Shown in pieces: positions 26,333-41,655 of a DNA stretch of 64,000 bases. Made by a program: the position numbers and the translations under genes. The notes beneath the pieces were generated by a model. That model saw nothing but the letters and a program-made list of their open reading frames with translations. It searched no databases and had not been told where the DNA came from. Every line of letters starts with the position of its first letter. Positions within the stretch are counted from its first letter, which is position 1. The stretch is taken from the NCBI RefSeq assembly GCF_009914755.1, contig NC_060927.1. One strand, given 5' to 3'. This DNA is from the human T2T-CHM13v2.0 reference genome, Homo sapiens.

Positions 26333-26734
26333 TGATATGGTTTGTATCTGTGTCCCCACCCAAATCTTACGTTGAAATGTAATCCCCAATGCTGCAGGTA
26401 GGGCCTGGTGTGAGGGGACAGGATAATGGGAGCCATTTCTAATGGTTTAGCACCATCCCTCTAGTGCTGTTTTCATGACAGAGTTCTCACGAGATCTAGT
26501 TGTTTAAAAGTGGGTAGCACCTCCCCGCTTTCTGTCTTCCTCTTGCTCTGGCCATGTGAAGTATGCTTTGCCTTCCGGAATGATTGTATATTTCCAAAGT
26601 TCTCCCCAGAAGCAGAGCAGATGGCCAGCTTCACGCTTCCTGTACCGTCTATGGAACTGTGAGCCAATTAAACCTCTTTTCTTCATAAATTACTCTGTCT
26701 CAGGTATTTCTTTATACAAGAATGGACTAATACA
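26333..26734 (+). mobile_element. MaLR solo LTR, MSTA
   Basis: tgatatggtttgtatctgtgtccccacccaaatc...aatggactaataca; TSD gcaac at 26328-26332 and 26735-26739. Confidence 0.93.
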
Positions 26735-27394
26735 GCAACTGAAGGTCCCTCTGGTACCCTTCCCCAAGTAGAGGAAGATTAGTTGCGGAGGTAATTATAT
26801 CTTCTAGAAATCCATATTGTTAGGCAAGGCAAAGAGGTAACTGGCTCCTTTATTTAAAATTAAAACAAAACAATAATTTAAACAAGCCACATACCTAAAT
26901 TATTTTTGGTGAGTAATTGTCCAAATGATATATGCCCATTGTGTGACTTAGTGTTATATATACAGCACCCAGGTTATCATAATGGGGACCCTCCTGAAAT
27001 ATGTCAACCCCTAGCTGATTCCATTTAGATGTGGAATTTTAAAAAGGAGTATTTTTGAGTAATATGATTAATATATTCTGCTCATGAAACATCTTCACTG
27101 TTTTTGTTTTTTATCATTTCAGCTGGAAAAAACAGTTCCTTGATTATGAATGTTATTCAGCATTAGTGTCAAATGTTAATTAAATAAATTCAAGCTATTT
27201 AAGATGCTGTATGATGGATGCTTAAAATCCATACTTTTAATGTATTTGGTTCTAACTTCCCAGTTCTGATTCTTTTTTCTTTTTGCTAAACAGACACTCA
27301 AATGGGAACCAAGGCTCTCACCTTAATGTCAGACCTGGAGAATGAAACCAGTGGGTGTCATTTTTAGCTGCTTTGTGGGAATCAGTTAAGAAAC

Positions 27395-27484
27395 ACTCAT
27401 GTTAGCTCTGTTCTTTCTTCTACTCTTTAGCATATTTTAACTCATGTTAGCTCTGTTCTTTCTTCTGCTCTTTAGCATATTTTA
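27395..27484. repeat. 45-bp tandem duplication (2 copies, 1 mismatch)
   Basis: actcatgttagctctgttctttcttct(a/g)ctctttagcatatttta at 27395-27439 and 27440-27484. Confidence 0.95.
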
Positions 27485-28204
27485 ATAGAATTCCATTAAA
27501 TCTTTCTAATTTTTGGTCCTCTGGGGCTAAGGAACTGACTTTGATGTTTTTATTCTTGCCATTCAAAACACTTCTCCATTGTAAACAACTCTCAAAATTT
27601 CTCTCTTACTCAGAATGCAGATGGAATGGGAAATTCATCAACTGAGAAAAACATTTTTGCATCATTCATGAGTGTGGATTTTCTAAGCTTACTGGATGTA
27701 CTGTGGTTATTAAAGTGGCCTGCCAGGTGAGACAAGTATGTCACTAGGCTTAGGCTGTTTCATGGTTCAGACAGAACAACTGGGAGCTGTTATGTATGTA
27801 AATGCTCATTCTTTATCTGCTTGGAAGGATTTGGGACAAAAATGAGCCATGACTCCTAAAATCGCTAGATCACCTGGGGGAGAGAGGTTGAAAAGTTGTC
27901 TGTATTAGACAGGAAAGTTGATGCTAGTTGCTATAGCAAATCACATCCAAACCTCAATGGCTTAACATGCACCCATTTCTTTTTTTCTAGAATCATGCAC
28001 TGTATGTTTGAATGTTGACAGAGAAGGCATTGTTACAAGAGGCTGTCTGAACACAAACAGAAATTACTAACTAATAAACTGTTGAAATAGGAAGTACATT
28101 TATTTTCAATTTATATTGCAGAGGTGATGTGAAGACAAAAATTGTATTATTATTTTGGCTATCGAACCCATTGATTTAAAAACACATTCGAACTTCGAGA
28201 ATGA

Positions 28205-28985
<781 letters not shown>

Positions 28986-29569
28986 CAGTGTCCAAACTAA
29001 TGCTACTACCCCACTGTACATTATTTCACACTCACATCTCAGTCTGAGGCATTTTGGGTGTCCCTTCTGAGCAAAGTTTTCCTCCAAGTTTGTCTTTAAA
29101 GGATTCTGGCTTTTTTCATTATATGACTCTGATATGGCTGGGATGTTTGCATTAAGCCTCGGGGCAAAGGAGAGAGAGTGCTGTAGTTGAATATCTCTGG
29201 GAGATTTTAACATACAAGCCAAAAAGAAGCAAGTATCACTTTCATTCATATTTCATTGGCCAAAATTTATCACATGGATTTCCAAGCTAACCTAAAAGGA
29301 TGCTAAGGCTAAGAAATATTATTTCTGCATTCTTGAAAACGGAAAATAGACTGGGTGAGCATCTAACCAGGGTGTGCTACAGTGCCCTTGACAAAAGCCA
29401 GTTTCTGCTGCATTTTTGGTGAGTTTGTGAAGCTCATAATAGCAAACTTGGGGTGAGCAGAAAGACTATTGTGATGGCAAACCTCATCATAAATCCTGTG
29501 CAACTCATTTTAGAGACCTAAAGACACAGTAGGGTTTCCGCAAGTATTATAGACCATTTATTGAAGTTA

Positions 29570-29825
<256 letters not shown>

Positions 29826-29833
29826 TTAATTAA

Positions 29834-30180
29834 ACAAGGTTCCACAATAGGCTGTCTACAAGCTGAGGAGCAATGAGAGTCAGTCCGAGTCCCAAAACTG
29901 AAGAATCTGGAGTCCAATGTTCAAGGGCAGGAAGCATCTAGCATGGGAGAAAGATGTAGGCTAGGAGGCTAGTCCCATATCATCACTTTATGTTTTTCTG
30001 CCTGCTTTATAATTCATTGGTGGCTGATTAGATGGTGCCCACTGGATTAAGGTGGGTCTGTCTTCCCCTGCGCACTGACTCAAATGTTAATCTCCTTTGG
30101 CGACACCCTCACAGACACACCCAGGATCAATACTGCATCCTTCAATCCAATCAAGTTGACATTCAGTATTAACCATCACA
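29834..30180 (-). mobile_element. MLT2A1 LTR lacking its 3' ~100 bp
   Basis: Collinear with both HERV-L LTRs in this window from acaaggttccacaatagg to aaccatcaca. Confidence 0.92.
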
Positions 30181-30652
30181 ATTGTCAGACTTCTCGCAGA
30201 TGCTGGGAGACTCACTGAGGAACAGCTTGAAATAGCAAAATTTTATGTGAAGCAATTTGGTTGGCTCTGGCTTGGACCCCATCCTTTTCATAAACAATCA
30301 CAAGACTGTGAATATTCTCCAGCACTAAGAAGTAACTCCCTGAGAAGGTATGTTGTCTGTGACATGCTTGCCCAACTCATTTCAGAAATAAAATGAAGCC
30401 AGTCTACTTCGTTATTGGTCATTTTGGATATCTTTGGTTTTCATGTCTTTCACCTAAATTAACTAAAATTAACCTAAAATTGGAGAATTTTAAACAAATT
30501 CGATACCCTGAGGTGGACCATTAGCTCCTAGGCATAATTTAGAAATTTCCTAAGCACTACCTGATTCTGATTGTCCCCGATCATTTCTGTAAAATATATA
30601 CAAAGAGGCATGTTAACCATCATTTCCTGGGCAGAAAGAATTTGGAACTTTC

Positions 30653-31192
<540 letters not shown>

Positions 31193-31225
31193 CTAATACT
31201 AATCCTAGACCATCATTCTGGGGCC

Positions 31226-31601
31226 TGTTATAGACTGAACATGTCTCCCCCAAATTAATATGTTGAAGTCTAAGTTCCCAATGTGATGGGCTTAGGGGAT
31301 GGGGCCTTTGGGAGGTGACTGGGCCAAGAGGGTGGAATTAGTGCCCTTAGAAAAGGGACCACAGAGAGCGCTCTCTCTTGCTTTCTTTCCATCATGTGAG
31401 GATACAAGAAGTTGTCAATCTGCAACCCAGGCAAGAATCCTCACCAAAACCCTGCCATACTGGCGTCCTGTGGTCTCCCATCCTCCAGAACTGTGAGAAA
31501 TAAGTTTCTGTTGTTTATAAGCCACCAGTACTTCGATACTATGGTACTTCGATGCTAAGTACTATGGTACTTCATTGTAGCTGCCCTGACTGACTAAGGA
31601 C
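31226..31601 (+). mobile_element. MaLR solo LTR, MLT1A0-like
   Basis: tgttatagactgaacatgtctcccccaaattaatatgttgaag...cctccagaactgtgagaaataa...gactaag. Confidence 0.88.
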
Positions 31602-32821
31602 TCAAAGTAGCCACCAGTCAATTGATGTCGGCTTGAGTTCTCCTACCAATTCTCTCTGTGGATTCCTTTTCTCCTTCTCAGTTAAAGATGTGGTCTCACT
31701 TGCTTCTTTACAGAACCTATCATCTTCCGGCATTTTCTAAGAGGTATCTCCTGTGAACTACCCTTGGAAAATTCACACAAATAGTTCTATCTTACAGTAG
31801 TGTTCTTATTCTGTCGTTTGGGGGCCAAGTTCAATTTTTCTCTTTCTCTTTTTTTCTGAGAGGGTAATTCAACAAATAGCACTTTGCAAAGATTTATTAA
31901 ATAAATTCATGGCAAATACTAGGTACACTTTTTTTTTGTACCTTACAATAACACTTGTCATAGTAATGTCTTGCCACGTTTAGTTCTGTGGCATAATTTG
32001 ATGAAGGTACAGCTAGATATTGTGTCACATATAATAATATTGCAACAAATTGCAACAACTCTAAGCCAGGGAGCTTATGAGAAATAGTTTCATTATAAGC
32101 AAAAAAATTGTAGTAAATTTAATTATCACTTTTCTTAAAGCAAAACACTAAATGTTGTAACTCAAACAACAAGTTTCACAAATGTTGATGAGACATAACT
32201 TGCTCTGTTTGTTCCTGGGCTTAGTCTGCTGATACAGAGGCCTTATTCCAAGGCCCTCAGAAGATACTGTGTGGATGGCACTATGCTCAAGAGAGAGCAT
32301 TCCTGTTAAACCTTACTATTGGCCCACTCCCAGTATTTTTCCTTGGTCCTCTTATCTCTTTTGTTCATATTCCCCACCAAGTTTCTGCCTCCTCTAATGC
32401 CTGGCCTCTAGCTTGGATTATCAGGCTTTTTCTGTTTCATTCATATCTGCTTATCAATGGGGGCAGAAATAGAATGAAATGGAGAAAGATGCTCCTGAAT
32501 GTTGGGAGAATCTGATAAGGTATCTACTGTATGCCAGAAGGAGAGTAATTTTTGCAATACAAAATGACTGATTTTCTCAATTCTTTTTAGTAGATACTTT
32601 GTTAGACCAAAAGAGTATCTGTCGCTTTTCCAACTTTGAGATACATTATATTAATAGAAGCTCCATTTCTATTACTTGAAATTAAGAAGGCAGCTAAGAG
32701 GAAAGCAGGTGGAAGGAAGAAGGAAGAAATCTGACTATCAAGACATTGTTATTTGTGCCTATTTTAATTGATTCAGGTTAATTTCAAGTGACAGATTCCT
32801 TATCCCCATAAAGAACTCTTA

Positions 32822-33175
<354 letters not shown>

Positions 33176-35185
33176 TTAAATTGAGGTATCTTGGAAGATT
33201 GAGAAGTTTCTTGGTCCCAGACAATGTCCTTTGAATAAGATTACTAAAGATAAAATATAAAGTTTCAGGGGAAAATCAATAAATACAGTCAATTTCATTA
33301 AATAAGTCAGAGATAAGTTGAGCATTGCTATTCATTATTGAATATTTGATGTCATAAGAAAAAGGCATTTTTCTTGGCTACAAATTTTGGAGCTACTGCT
33401 TCCTCCTGGGAATGGCAGCCTAAGTGATTCAAAAAAGAACAATTTCCCAGAAGTTTCCATAAAATAATTTTTCATTATAATGATTTTGCTTGAATTAGAC
33501 AATCTGTTTTGACTTCTCCCTAGGGTAGTGACATTACTAATGTGAGTTGTTCGTTTATTTTGGCAAATATTTTATTTTAGTTGCATTATTTCCCAGTTAC
33601 TTTGCTATTCATTAATGTCCTCATCATTGGGTGGGGCAGGGAGGTTTGTACAGTAAAAAGAAGCAGCTTAGTTTGAATAAATCATGTTTGCATCTAATTA
33701 TGAGCAAGCACAAATGTATAATTTTTTTTTTTAAAAAAGAGTAAGTCTGGGGTCAAAACAAGTAAAAAAACCTTTAAATCATATATATATATATACTCTT
33801 AGCTTGTCTTATCTTTCACAAGTATGTAGAAATACACCTAGATATGTCCTGACCTGCCATTTATAATATTCCTAATACTATAAAGTTTATGGAAACTCTG
33901 CTTAGAATTGTTTTATTTAGTAAACTGTCTCATGTGTATTCACAACTCTTAATGTAATTGCTTTAATGCCATGATGTTATGATTAGTGAAAAAGACATTT
34001 TATATCACCACTTTGGAAACATAATTCCATGAGTTAGTGATATTTGTGAACCAGAAATTAACATTACACAAACAGCAAGCACAAAATAAGTGGTAAGCAT
34101 ATAAAGTAGTGTTTTACTGGTACTTCAAATAGAGCATTTCCAAAAGGAACCTAATTATGTTTCCCTAAATTCTCACTTTTGATACTGCAACACTACCCGA
34201 TGTCTCAATTTGGCTCATGATACTGTTTTCCCATAGTAGAACCATTACTGTATTTATGCTACCATCTCAGAAGTCATCAACCACCTCCTTCTTTCTTTCA
34301 CCCTTTCCCTCACACATGCAATCATCAAGCCATCTAAATTAACCAAGTATATATCCACAATCACTTTGTGTTTTATTCCTTTTCCTCCTCTATGCTAGTT
34401 CAAGTTCATAATTCATGTATCTTTTCAAAACCACTCTAATATATATCTTCTTACTACTGTTAGTCCTACCTTTATTTTTTATCCATACAACTGACTGATA
34501 TCAGAGTGGACATTCTAATGCAGAGCTGCAATGGCATCAGCCCTCTGCTAGTAAAACCTTAGGAGGTGACCCACTGCATCAGTCAGGGCTCTTGTTTTCT
34601 ACTGTATAAGTCTGCAAGCTTAGAAACCAATCCTTGGTCTCCAGCAATGAAAATTGACAGTAATAATAGACTTATGGGAGGCTAAAAAAAACTAGATTTG
34701 AAAAATGGATGAGGTGGAAGGTCAACTGGGAGGTCTTTCCTGAAACACAGTAACTGTATTGTAGCAGAAATGGTCTGGCCAGGATACTGCTATTGCTGCT
34801 GCAGGGCACAATTAGTGCTAGAAAAGGGGAATCTTCTTTACTGTTGGGTTCTGTGATGTGAGATGTACTGCATCATGGAGACAGTGCATGCATTGGGGAA
34901 CCCCAAGTCAGTAGGGAAATTGAATGCCGGAGAACCACTCCAGAAAAGTGCAAACAACAAACAGCAACGACCACAAATGTCAATTAAATACATGACTAAG
35001 GCTTAAACCTGTTAAAAATGCATTCAAATTTACTTCTAAGCTGACTTTACATTTTCAAAATGATAATTGCTTACTGAAGTGTTCCCTTCCAACGCATCAG
35101 CTATGCATTCTCATCCTGGACATCTGATCATTCTCTTAAACAGCTGCACACTGTTCATACTGAGGAACACATTGATTCCTCAACT

Positions 35186-35392
35186 CAGGGTTTCTCAACC
35201 ATGACACTATTGACATTATTGCCTGGATCATTCTTTATTGTGGGCAGCTGAACTTTGCATTGTAGGATGTTTAACAGCATCCCTGGCCTCTACCCACTGA
35301 ATGCCAACAACACCTCTGCAGTTGTAATAACTCAAAAGTCTGCAGACATTTCCAAATCTTTCCTAGGGAGTAAACTCACCCCAGGTTAAAAA
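35186..35392 (+). mobile_element. MER20 (hAT-Charlie MITE)
   Basis: cagggtttctcaacc...cactattgacatt...gcattgtaggatgtttaacagcatccctggcctctacccact. Confidence 0.88.
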
Positions 35393-35399
35393 GGAGACT

Positions 35400-35653
35400 A
35401 AAGAGAAGCACTCAAATGCAATATGAGATCCCAGAAAAGCACATTTGTGGAAAATCTTATGAAATTCAAATAAGGACTTTAGTTTACTTAATAGTATTGT
35501 ATCAATTTTACTTCCTGGTTCTGCTTTTTATGCCATAGTTACATAAAATGTTACTTTAGGAAACACTGGGTGACGGATATATAGACATTCTCTGTGCCCT
35601 TTACAAATTTTTTTGGTAAGTCTAAAATTCATTCAAATAAAAATTTAAAAAAA
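35400..35653 (+). mobile_element. Old L1M 3' end
   Basis: tttagtttacttaatagtattgtatcaat...ctgggtgacggatatatag...gtaagtctaaaatt...aaataaaaatttaaaaaa. Confidence 0.7.
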
Positions 35654-35685
35654 TATCTGAGTTGTCATCACCATTTCCTCTAGTC

Positions 35686-35910
35686 CTGTATTTCTCAACC
35701 TATTTTGTTGATGTTATTATACCTCCTTCGACTGCCCAAGAGCCTTTTGAGACATTTTTATCCTAATTGTCCTCCCCATGAATTTTGAATATTATAGAGA
35801 ATATATCTGTTTATGCAATGAATATCTGTGCTTTCTACATAAAAAGACTTAGTTTTTTTTAATTCTCTCCACCCTCCAGAACCAATTTTTGCCTTTTTTG
35901 AAAATGCATG
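35686..35910 (+). mobile_element. MER112-like hAT MITE
   Basis: tttctcaacct...gagccttttgagacattttt...ccccatgaa...atatctgtgcttt...agaaccaatttt...tgaaaatgcatg. Confidence 0.7.
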
Positions 35911-36017
35911 CTCTAGTCAGAAGCAGTAATAGTCTCCTCTCAGCTTCCAAAACTTTCCTTACATCAATTATACAATTATCAAATGTTACTTTGCTTTCTA
36001 ATTAAAATAAGTACATG

Positions 36018-36386
36018 TAATATGGTTTGGCTCTGTGTCCCCACCCAAATCTCATCTTGTACCTTCCATAATTCCCACGTGTTGTGGGAGGGACCTGGTA
36101 GGAGATGATTGACTCATGGGGGTGGGTCTTTCCTCTGCTGTTCTCGTGATAGTGAATGGGTCTCATGAGACCTGATGGTTTTAAAAACGTGAGTTTCTCT
36201 GCACAAGCTCTCTCTTTTTGCCTGCTGCCATCCACGTAAGATGTGATTTGCTCCTCCTTGCCTTCTGCCATGATTGTGAGGCCTCCCCAGCCATGTAGAA
36301 CTGTGAGTCCAATTAAACCTCTTTCTTTTGTAAATTGCCCAGTTTTGGGTATGTCTTTATCAGCAGCATGAACACAGACTAACATA
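36018..36386 (+). mobile_element. MaLR solo LTR, THE1A
   Basis: atatggtttggctctgtgtccccacccaaatctcatcttgt...gtgaatgggtctc...tgcacaagctctc; TSD ac(a/c)tg. Confidence 0.93.
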
Positions 36387-37909
36387 ACCTGTATGTCTTT
36401 TCTACCAGACTCATTAGCTTCTTAAGATCAGTGATGCTATATCCTTCACTTTATATGCCTTCCACAACAGCAGACACACGAGGCACTCAAAAGCCTGCAC
36501 TGGTTTAAGGCAGAGATTATATTCAGCTGAGATGACTTATGTATTTAATAAATGTGGTAGAATTAAAATAGATAGAAAGTACTGGAGGTCAAACCAAGAA
36601 TAAAGTTAATAAAGTAAAAAAAAAAAAAGAAAGCAAGTTTGTAAATGGTGATATCTATTATTTGAGTAGAGTTTTATTTGGGAGGAATAGTAAGGAATTA
36701 GGCAGAAAGATGGGTGTAACAAATTTGAGGTAACAAATTTCATTTACAATGTGATTTATTGAAAAGAATATAGAATTTTTAAAAAGCTACCAGTTACACA
36801 AACCATGGATAGAATTTTAACGTTTCCTGGAAAGATGTATGTGTAACCTAGTCAGTAAAGTGAGTTGGGCTCCATAAGATAACAGAAAGCAACTGCAGTC
36901 CTCTGTTTGTTGTTTCCTTCTCCTGCATGAAAGTCATTCAAGGTCAAAAGCTTTTCCAGTGAGTTTCAGGTAATAAAAAACGGTATTTTTTCCTTAATAT
37001 TATAAGTCTTGTTCTGTATTATACTAAAACTCTGAGCTTTACCAATTAATATTTTTTCCTTCAACCAGGCTGGGAAACTTGCGGTGGGGAAAGAGTCATA
37101 GACTGTCATTCTTTAGAGTGTTCATGGGTGAGTTTTAGAGTCAGTGACCTGATCTTTATCTGTGAAACTTCAGGTCACGTATGTCATGCTCTCCCAGGGG
37201 TTCCCATGAAGCCACCCTCAGTTGGCTTCAGAGGAGAAGAAGCCTTCCCTGTTCCTGCATCTTGGAAAGGGGAAGACATACTGATCTCTGTCTCCAAATG
37301 GATCCTCACTACTATTGTCCTCAATTTCCTGTCACTCTTCTATTCCTCATGTAGCTGCTGGAGGTAGTTAATGGGCTAATGCTGGCAGAAAGAAGCATTA
37401 TGCAAATCTTACATAGATAATATAGGAATCAATTTAAAATTAGGAGGACACTGGCATCTATTATATATATTTTTTTCTGGACAAAGATAGATGCTGGTTA
37501 GAAACTCTGAGATTATAGACAAGTCTTATGATCTGGTTGTATTTTAAGCCATGAATATTGTAGCTGGCACACAATAGGTACTGAGTAAATGTTGGTGCCC
37601 TTTGTCATTTTTCTCTTCTTTTCTTAAATCCTTTTCTGAATTATATTTCTTTGTAGCCCACAAATTCAATTCTATATATATCCTTTTTTATAAATACATC
37701 ATATTTTAGATTCCTGTACATTTTTATCAATCCATCTGTTTCCCATATCATGGAAAAGAAAGGAGAATTGGTGAAGTGAATGCAATTAAAGAACGTTAAA
37801 ATAATGAGTATATAGAAACTTGTAAGTTATTCCTTATGCTTTTAGAAACAATTTAGAAAAATTACTCTATATTGGAAGAAATGTCATTTTGTTATTCAGT
37901 TTCTTCAAC

Positions 37910-38396
37910 TGTATTAGTCAGGGTTCTATAGAGCAACCAAACTAATTATATGTGTGTGTATATACATATATATATCATATGTATACATATGTATCTCATA
38001 TATATATGGGAGTTTATTAAGTATTAACTCACATGATCACAAGGTTCCACAATAGGCTGTCTGCAGGCTGAGGAGCAAGGAGAGCCAGTCCAAGTTCCAA
38101 AACTGAAGAACTTGGAGTCTGATATTTGAGGGCAGAAAGCATCCAGCATGGGAGAAAGATGTAGGCTGGGAGGTTAGGCCAGTCTCACCTTTGCACGTTT
38201 TTCTAGTGGATCGTATTCTAGCCTCACTGGCAGCTGATTCGATTGTGCTCACCCAGATTAAGGGTGGATCTGACTTCCCCAGGCCACTGACTATCAAATG
38301 TGAATCTCCTTTGGCAGCACCCTCACAGACACACCCAGGATCAATACTTTGTGTCGTTCAATCCAATCAAGTTGGCATTCAGTATTAACCATCACA
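37910..38396 (-). promoter_or_regulatory. 3' LTR (MLT2A1) with intact AATAAA
   Basis: tgtattagtcagggttc...aaccatcaca; tttatt at 38013-38018; expanded TA-rich tract. Confidence 0.95.
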
Positions 38397-38410
38397 AGCC
38401 CACCCCTTGT
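38397..38410 (-). other. Polypurine tract
   Basis: Minus strand acaaggggtgggct directly before the 3' LTR. Confidence 0.85.
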
Positions 38411-38697
38411 TAACTTGAACCCATACACATCTCTTGTGCTCAGACATCATTTTCAAGTAAAGACAATAATAATTACACCTAACATAATACAACTATCCTT
38501 CGCACAACCAGAAGCGCACCAACCCTCAACCCAAATACTATTACATAAAATTAACAATACTTAAATGTTGCTGTGAAGTCAATAAATCTTATGTCACATG
38601 ATAAAGAGAAAGGAAATAAAATGAAGATATTTTCTTAGTATAAGTGTATGCATGCAAAAACATGTTTTTAACAAAAGGAGGAAATACTCATGAAAAC

Positions 38698-41655
38698 TTC
38701 AGTCCTCATTTCTGCAGCCGGTCACGTGGTCATAGCTGGTACTGATGACTACCTTCTTCTACTACCCATTCTGTATTCCCTTTGCCTTCAGTAAGCACCT
38801 CAGCAGGTCATGGTGTTTTCCCTGGAGGAGTGACCCAAACCTTCCTGAAGGGTCTGGGTCATTTGTAGCCCTGCCTGGATTGGGTTTTTGTAGTTTTCCA
38901 TTGACTTTAAATACAGGGCGTGGTAATACTAACAGACACCCTAATGGATCTCCTGTATTCCATGTGTAATCTTCCTTACCTCCACTGTGAATTAGTAGAC
39001 TGATTTCATCTTGATAGTCTGGGTAAATCACCCCAGCCAACACTGTAACTCCCTTCTTAGCCTGTTGACTTAAAGGTAGGAGGAGCCCAAAGTGACAGGT
39101 GGCAATCTTAACTTCTAGTTTAATGGAATTGTTGTTGTGTCTCCTGGCAGCCGTGTTCCTCCCTCTGGAACTAAGACCTCTAGGCCAGCAGAACACAATG
39201 TCATGGGAACAGGTAGCAAAAATTTTGCTAGTGGATCACTAGGGGTGATGGTGAGTGGGGCCAATTCCACCCCTTAATTCCTGGACCCGTGAATCCTGGT
39301 TATGGGAGCAACAGCACTATATATTGAACGCTGATTCAGAACATACATGGCCTTCTGGAGAACTTTGTCCCAGCCCTGCAAAGTATTGTCACCTAGCTTG
39401 CATTGTAATTGTGACTTAAAAGGGCCATTCCACCGTTCTATCAATTCAGCTGCTTCAGCATGATGGTGAACATGATAAGACCAGTGAACTCCATGAGCAT
39501 GAGCCCACTGCCCCTCTTCTTTAGGGATAAAGTGACAGCCTTGGTCAGAGGCAATGCTGTGTGGAATACCATGACAGTGGATAAGGCATTCTGTGAGTCC
39601 ACAGATGGTAGTCTTGGCAGAAGCATTGCGTGCAGGATAGACAAAGCCATAACCAGAGTAAGTGCCTATTCCAGTGAGGACAAACTTCTGCCCTTTCCAT
39701 GATGGAAGAGGTCCAATATAACCAACCTGCCACCAGGTAGCTAGCAGATCACCCAGAGGAATGGTGCCATATCGAGGGCTCAGTGTTGGTCTCTGCTGCT
39801 GGCAAATTGGGCACTCAGGAGTTGCCATAGTCAGGTCAGTCTTGATGAGTGGAAGTGCATGTTGCTGATTCCATGCATAACCTCCATGCCTGCCACCATG
39901 GCCTCTTTGTTCATTGGCCCATTGGGCAAAGACAGGGGTGGTTGGGGAAAGAGGCTGAGTGGTGTCCACAGAACGAGTCATCCACTTGATTATTAAAATC
40001 CTCCTCTGCTGAGGTGATCCATTGGTAAGCACTTACATGGGATATAACTATCTTCACAGTTTTCGACCACTCAGAAAGGTCCATCCACATACCTCTTCCC
40101 CAAATTTCTTTGTCACCAACTTTCCAATTATGCTTCTTCCATGTCCCTGATCATCCAGGCAATCCATGGCTACAGGCCATGAATCAGCATATAATCACAC
40201 ATCTGGCCATTTCTTTTTCCATGCAAAGTGCACAACCAGGTGCACTGCTCGAAGTTCTGTCCACTGGGAAAGTTTTCCTTCACTGCTGTCCCTCAGGGAT
40301 ATCCTAGAAAGGGGCTGTAGTGCTGCAGCTGTCCACTTTCGGGTGATGCCTGCATATCATGCAGAACCATCTGTGAACCCCAGGACCTAGCCTTCTCTTC
40401 CTCTGTCACCTGATCATAGGGAACCCCCCATGAGGCCATCGGTATGGGCTGGGGGAGAAAGGGTGGAGTGGCAGGAATGGAGACCATGGGCATTTAAGCC
40501 ACTTCCTCATGTAACTTACTTGTGCCTTCAGGACCTGCTCGAGCCCTATCACATATATACCACTTCCATTTAATGATGGAATGCCACTGTGCATGACCCA
40601 CTTTACAGCTAGATGGGTCAGAAAGCACCCAGTTCGTGATAGGCATTTCAGGTCACATGGTGGCTTGATGGCCCATAGTCAAATGTTCAGTTTCCACCAA
40701 AGCTCTGTAACAGGCCAAAAGCTGTCTCTCAAAAGTAGAGTAGTTATCTGCAGAAGATGGCAGGGCCGTGCTCCAAAATCCTAGGGGCCTCCACTGTGGG
40801 TACCTGTCAAAGGCTCCAAATAGCATCCCTGTCTGACACTGACACCTCAAGCAACATTGGGTCTGTTGGGTCATATGGCCCAAGTGTCAGAGCAGCTTGC
40901 ACAGCAGCCTGGACCTGTTGCAAAACCTTCTCCTGTTCTGGACACCACTCAAAACTGGCAGCCATTTGGGTCATTACATAAATGGGCCAGAGTAACACAC
41001 CAGAATGAGGAATGTGTTGCCTCCAAAATCCAAAGAGGCCCACTAGGGGTTGTGCCTCTTTCTTGGTTGTAGGAGGGGCCAAATGCAGCAATTTATCCTT
41101 CACCTTAGAAGGAATATCTCGACAGTCCCCACACCACTGGACCCTTAGAAGTTTTACTGAGGTAGAAGGTCCCTGAGTCTTAGTTGAATATTTCTCAGTA
41201 GAGGCAGCTCTAATGGCTTCCATTTGGCCTTTCCTACCGTAATAGCCCCCACCCTACCAGTTAGGGAGCCATAGTGGGGATTCTGCTAGCTGCTAAGTAT
41301 GTCTATGCCAATTATGCATTCTGGCACTGGGGAAATGACCACGGGATGAGTCCGGGGACCCACTGGACCCACTGTAAGTCAGACCTGAACTAAAACTCCA
41401 TTAATTCCCTGACCTCCATAAGTCTCTATTTTAACTGGGGGACAACAGTAACATTTTGGGTCCCCTGGAATCAATGTCACCTCAGAGCCAGTGTCCAGTA
41501 GTCCCCGAAATGTCCTATCATTTCCCTTTCCCCAACACACAGTTACCCTGGTAAAAAGTCTGGAGGTCTCATTGGGGAAGGATGGAAGAAAGATTCACTG
41601 CAGAAATTGCTGGTAATGTAGTGGGGTCCTTCCTCAAGGGAACCTGGCCTTCCCT
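38698..41655 (-). pseudogene. HERV-L pro-pol-dUTPase, disrupted
   Basis: Protease FRGLLDTGSEVTLIPG (DTG at 41487-41495); RT thumb/connection GPSTSVKLLRVQWCG...LVGLFGFWRQHIP; integrase CPIC...SDQG...IERWN (39274-40032); dUTPase GLLLPLSQQAKKGVTVLAGVIYPDY (38762-39196); several frameshifts and stops. Confidence 0.95.

Noticed and set aside
36104-36120. DUX4 site in THE1A
   Set aside because: Reads tgattgactca, mutated at the AATCA half (now AP-1-like), so not counted with the DUX4-type sites.
38411-38697. env gene between pol and 3' LTR
   Set aside because: Under 300 bp of AT-rich sequence; ERV-L elements lack env.
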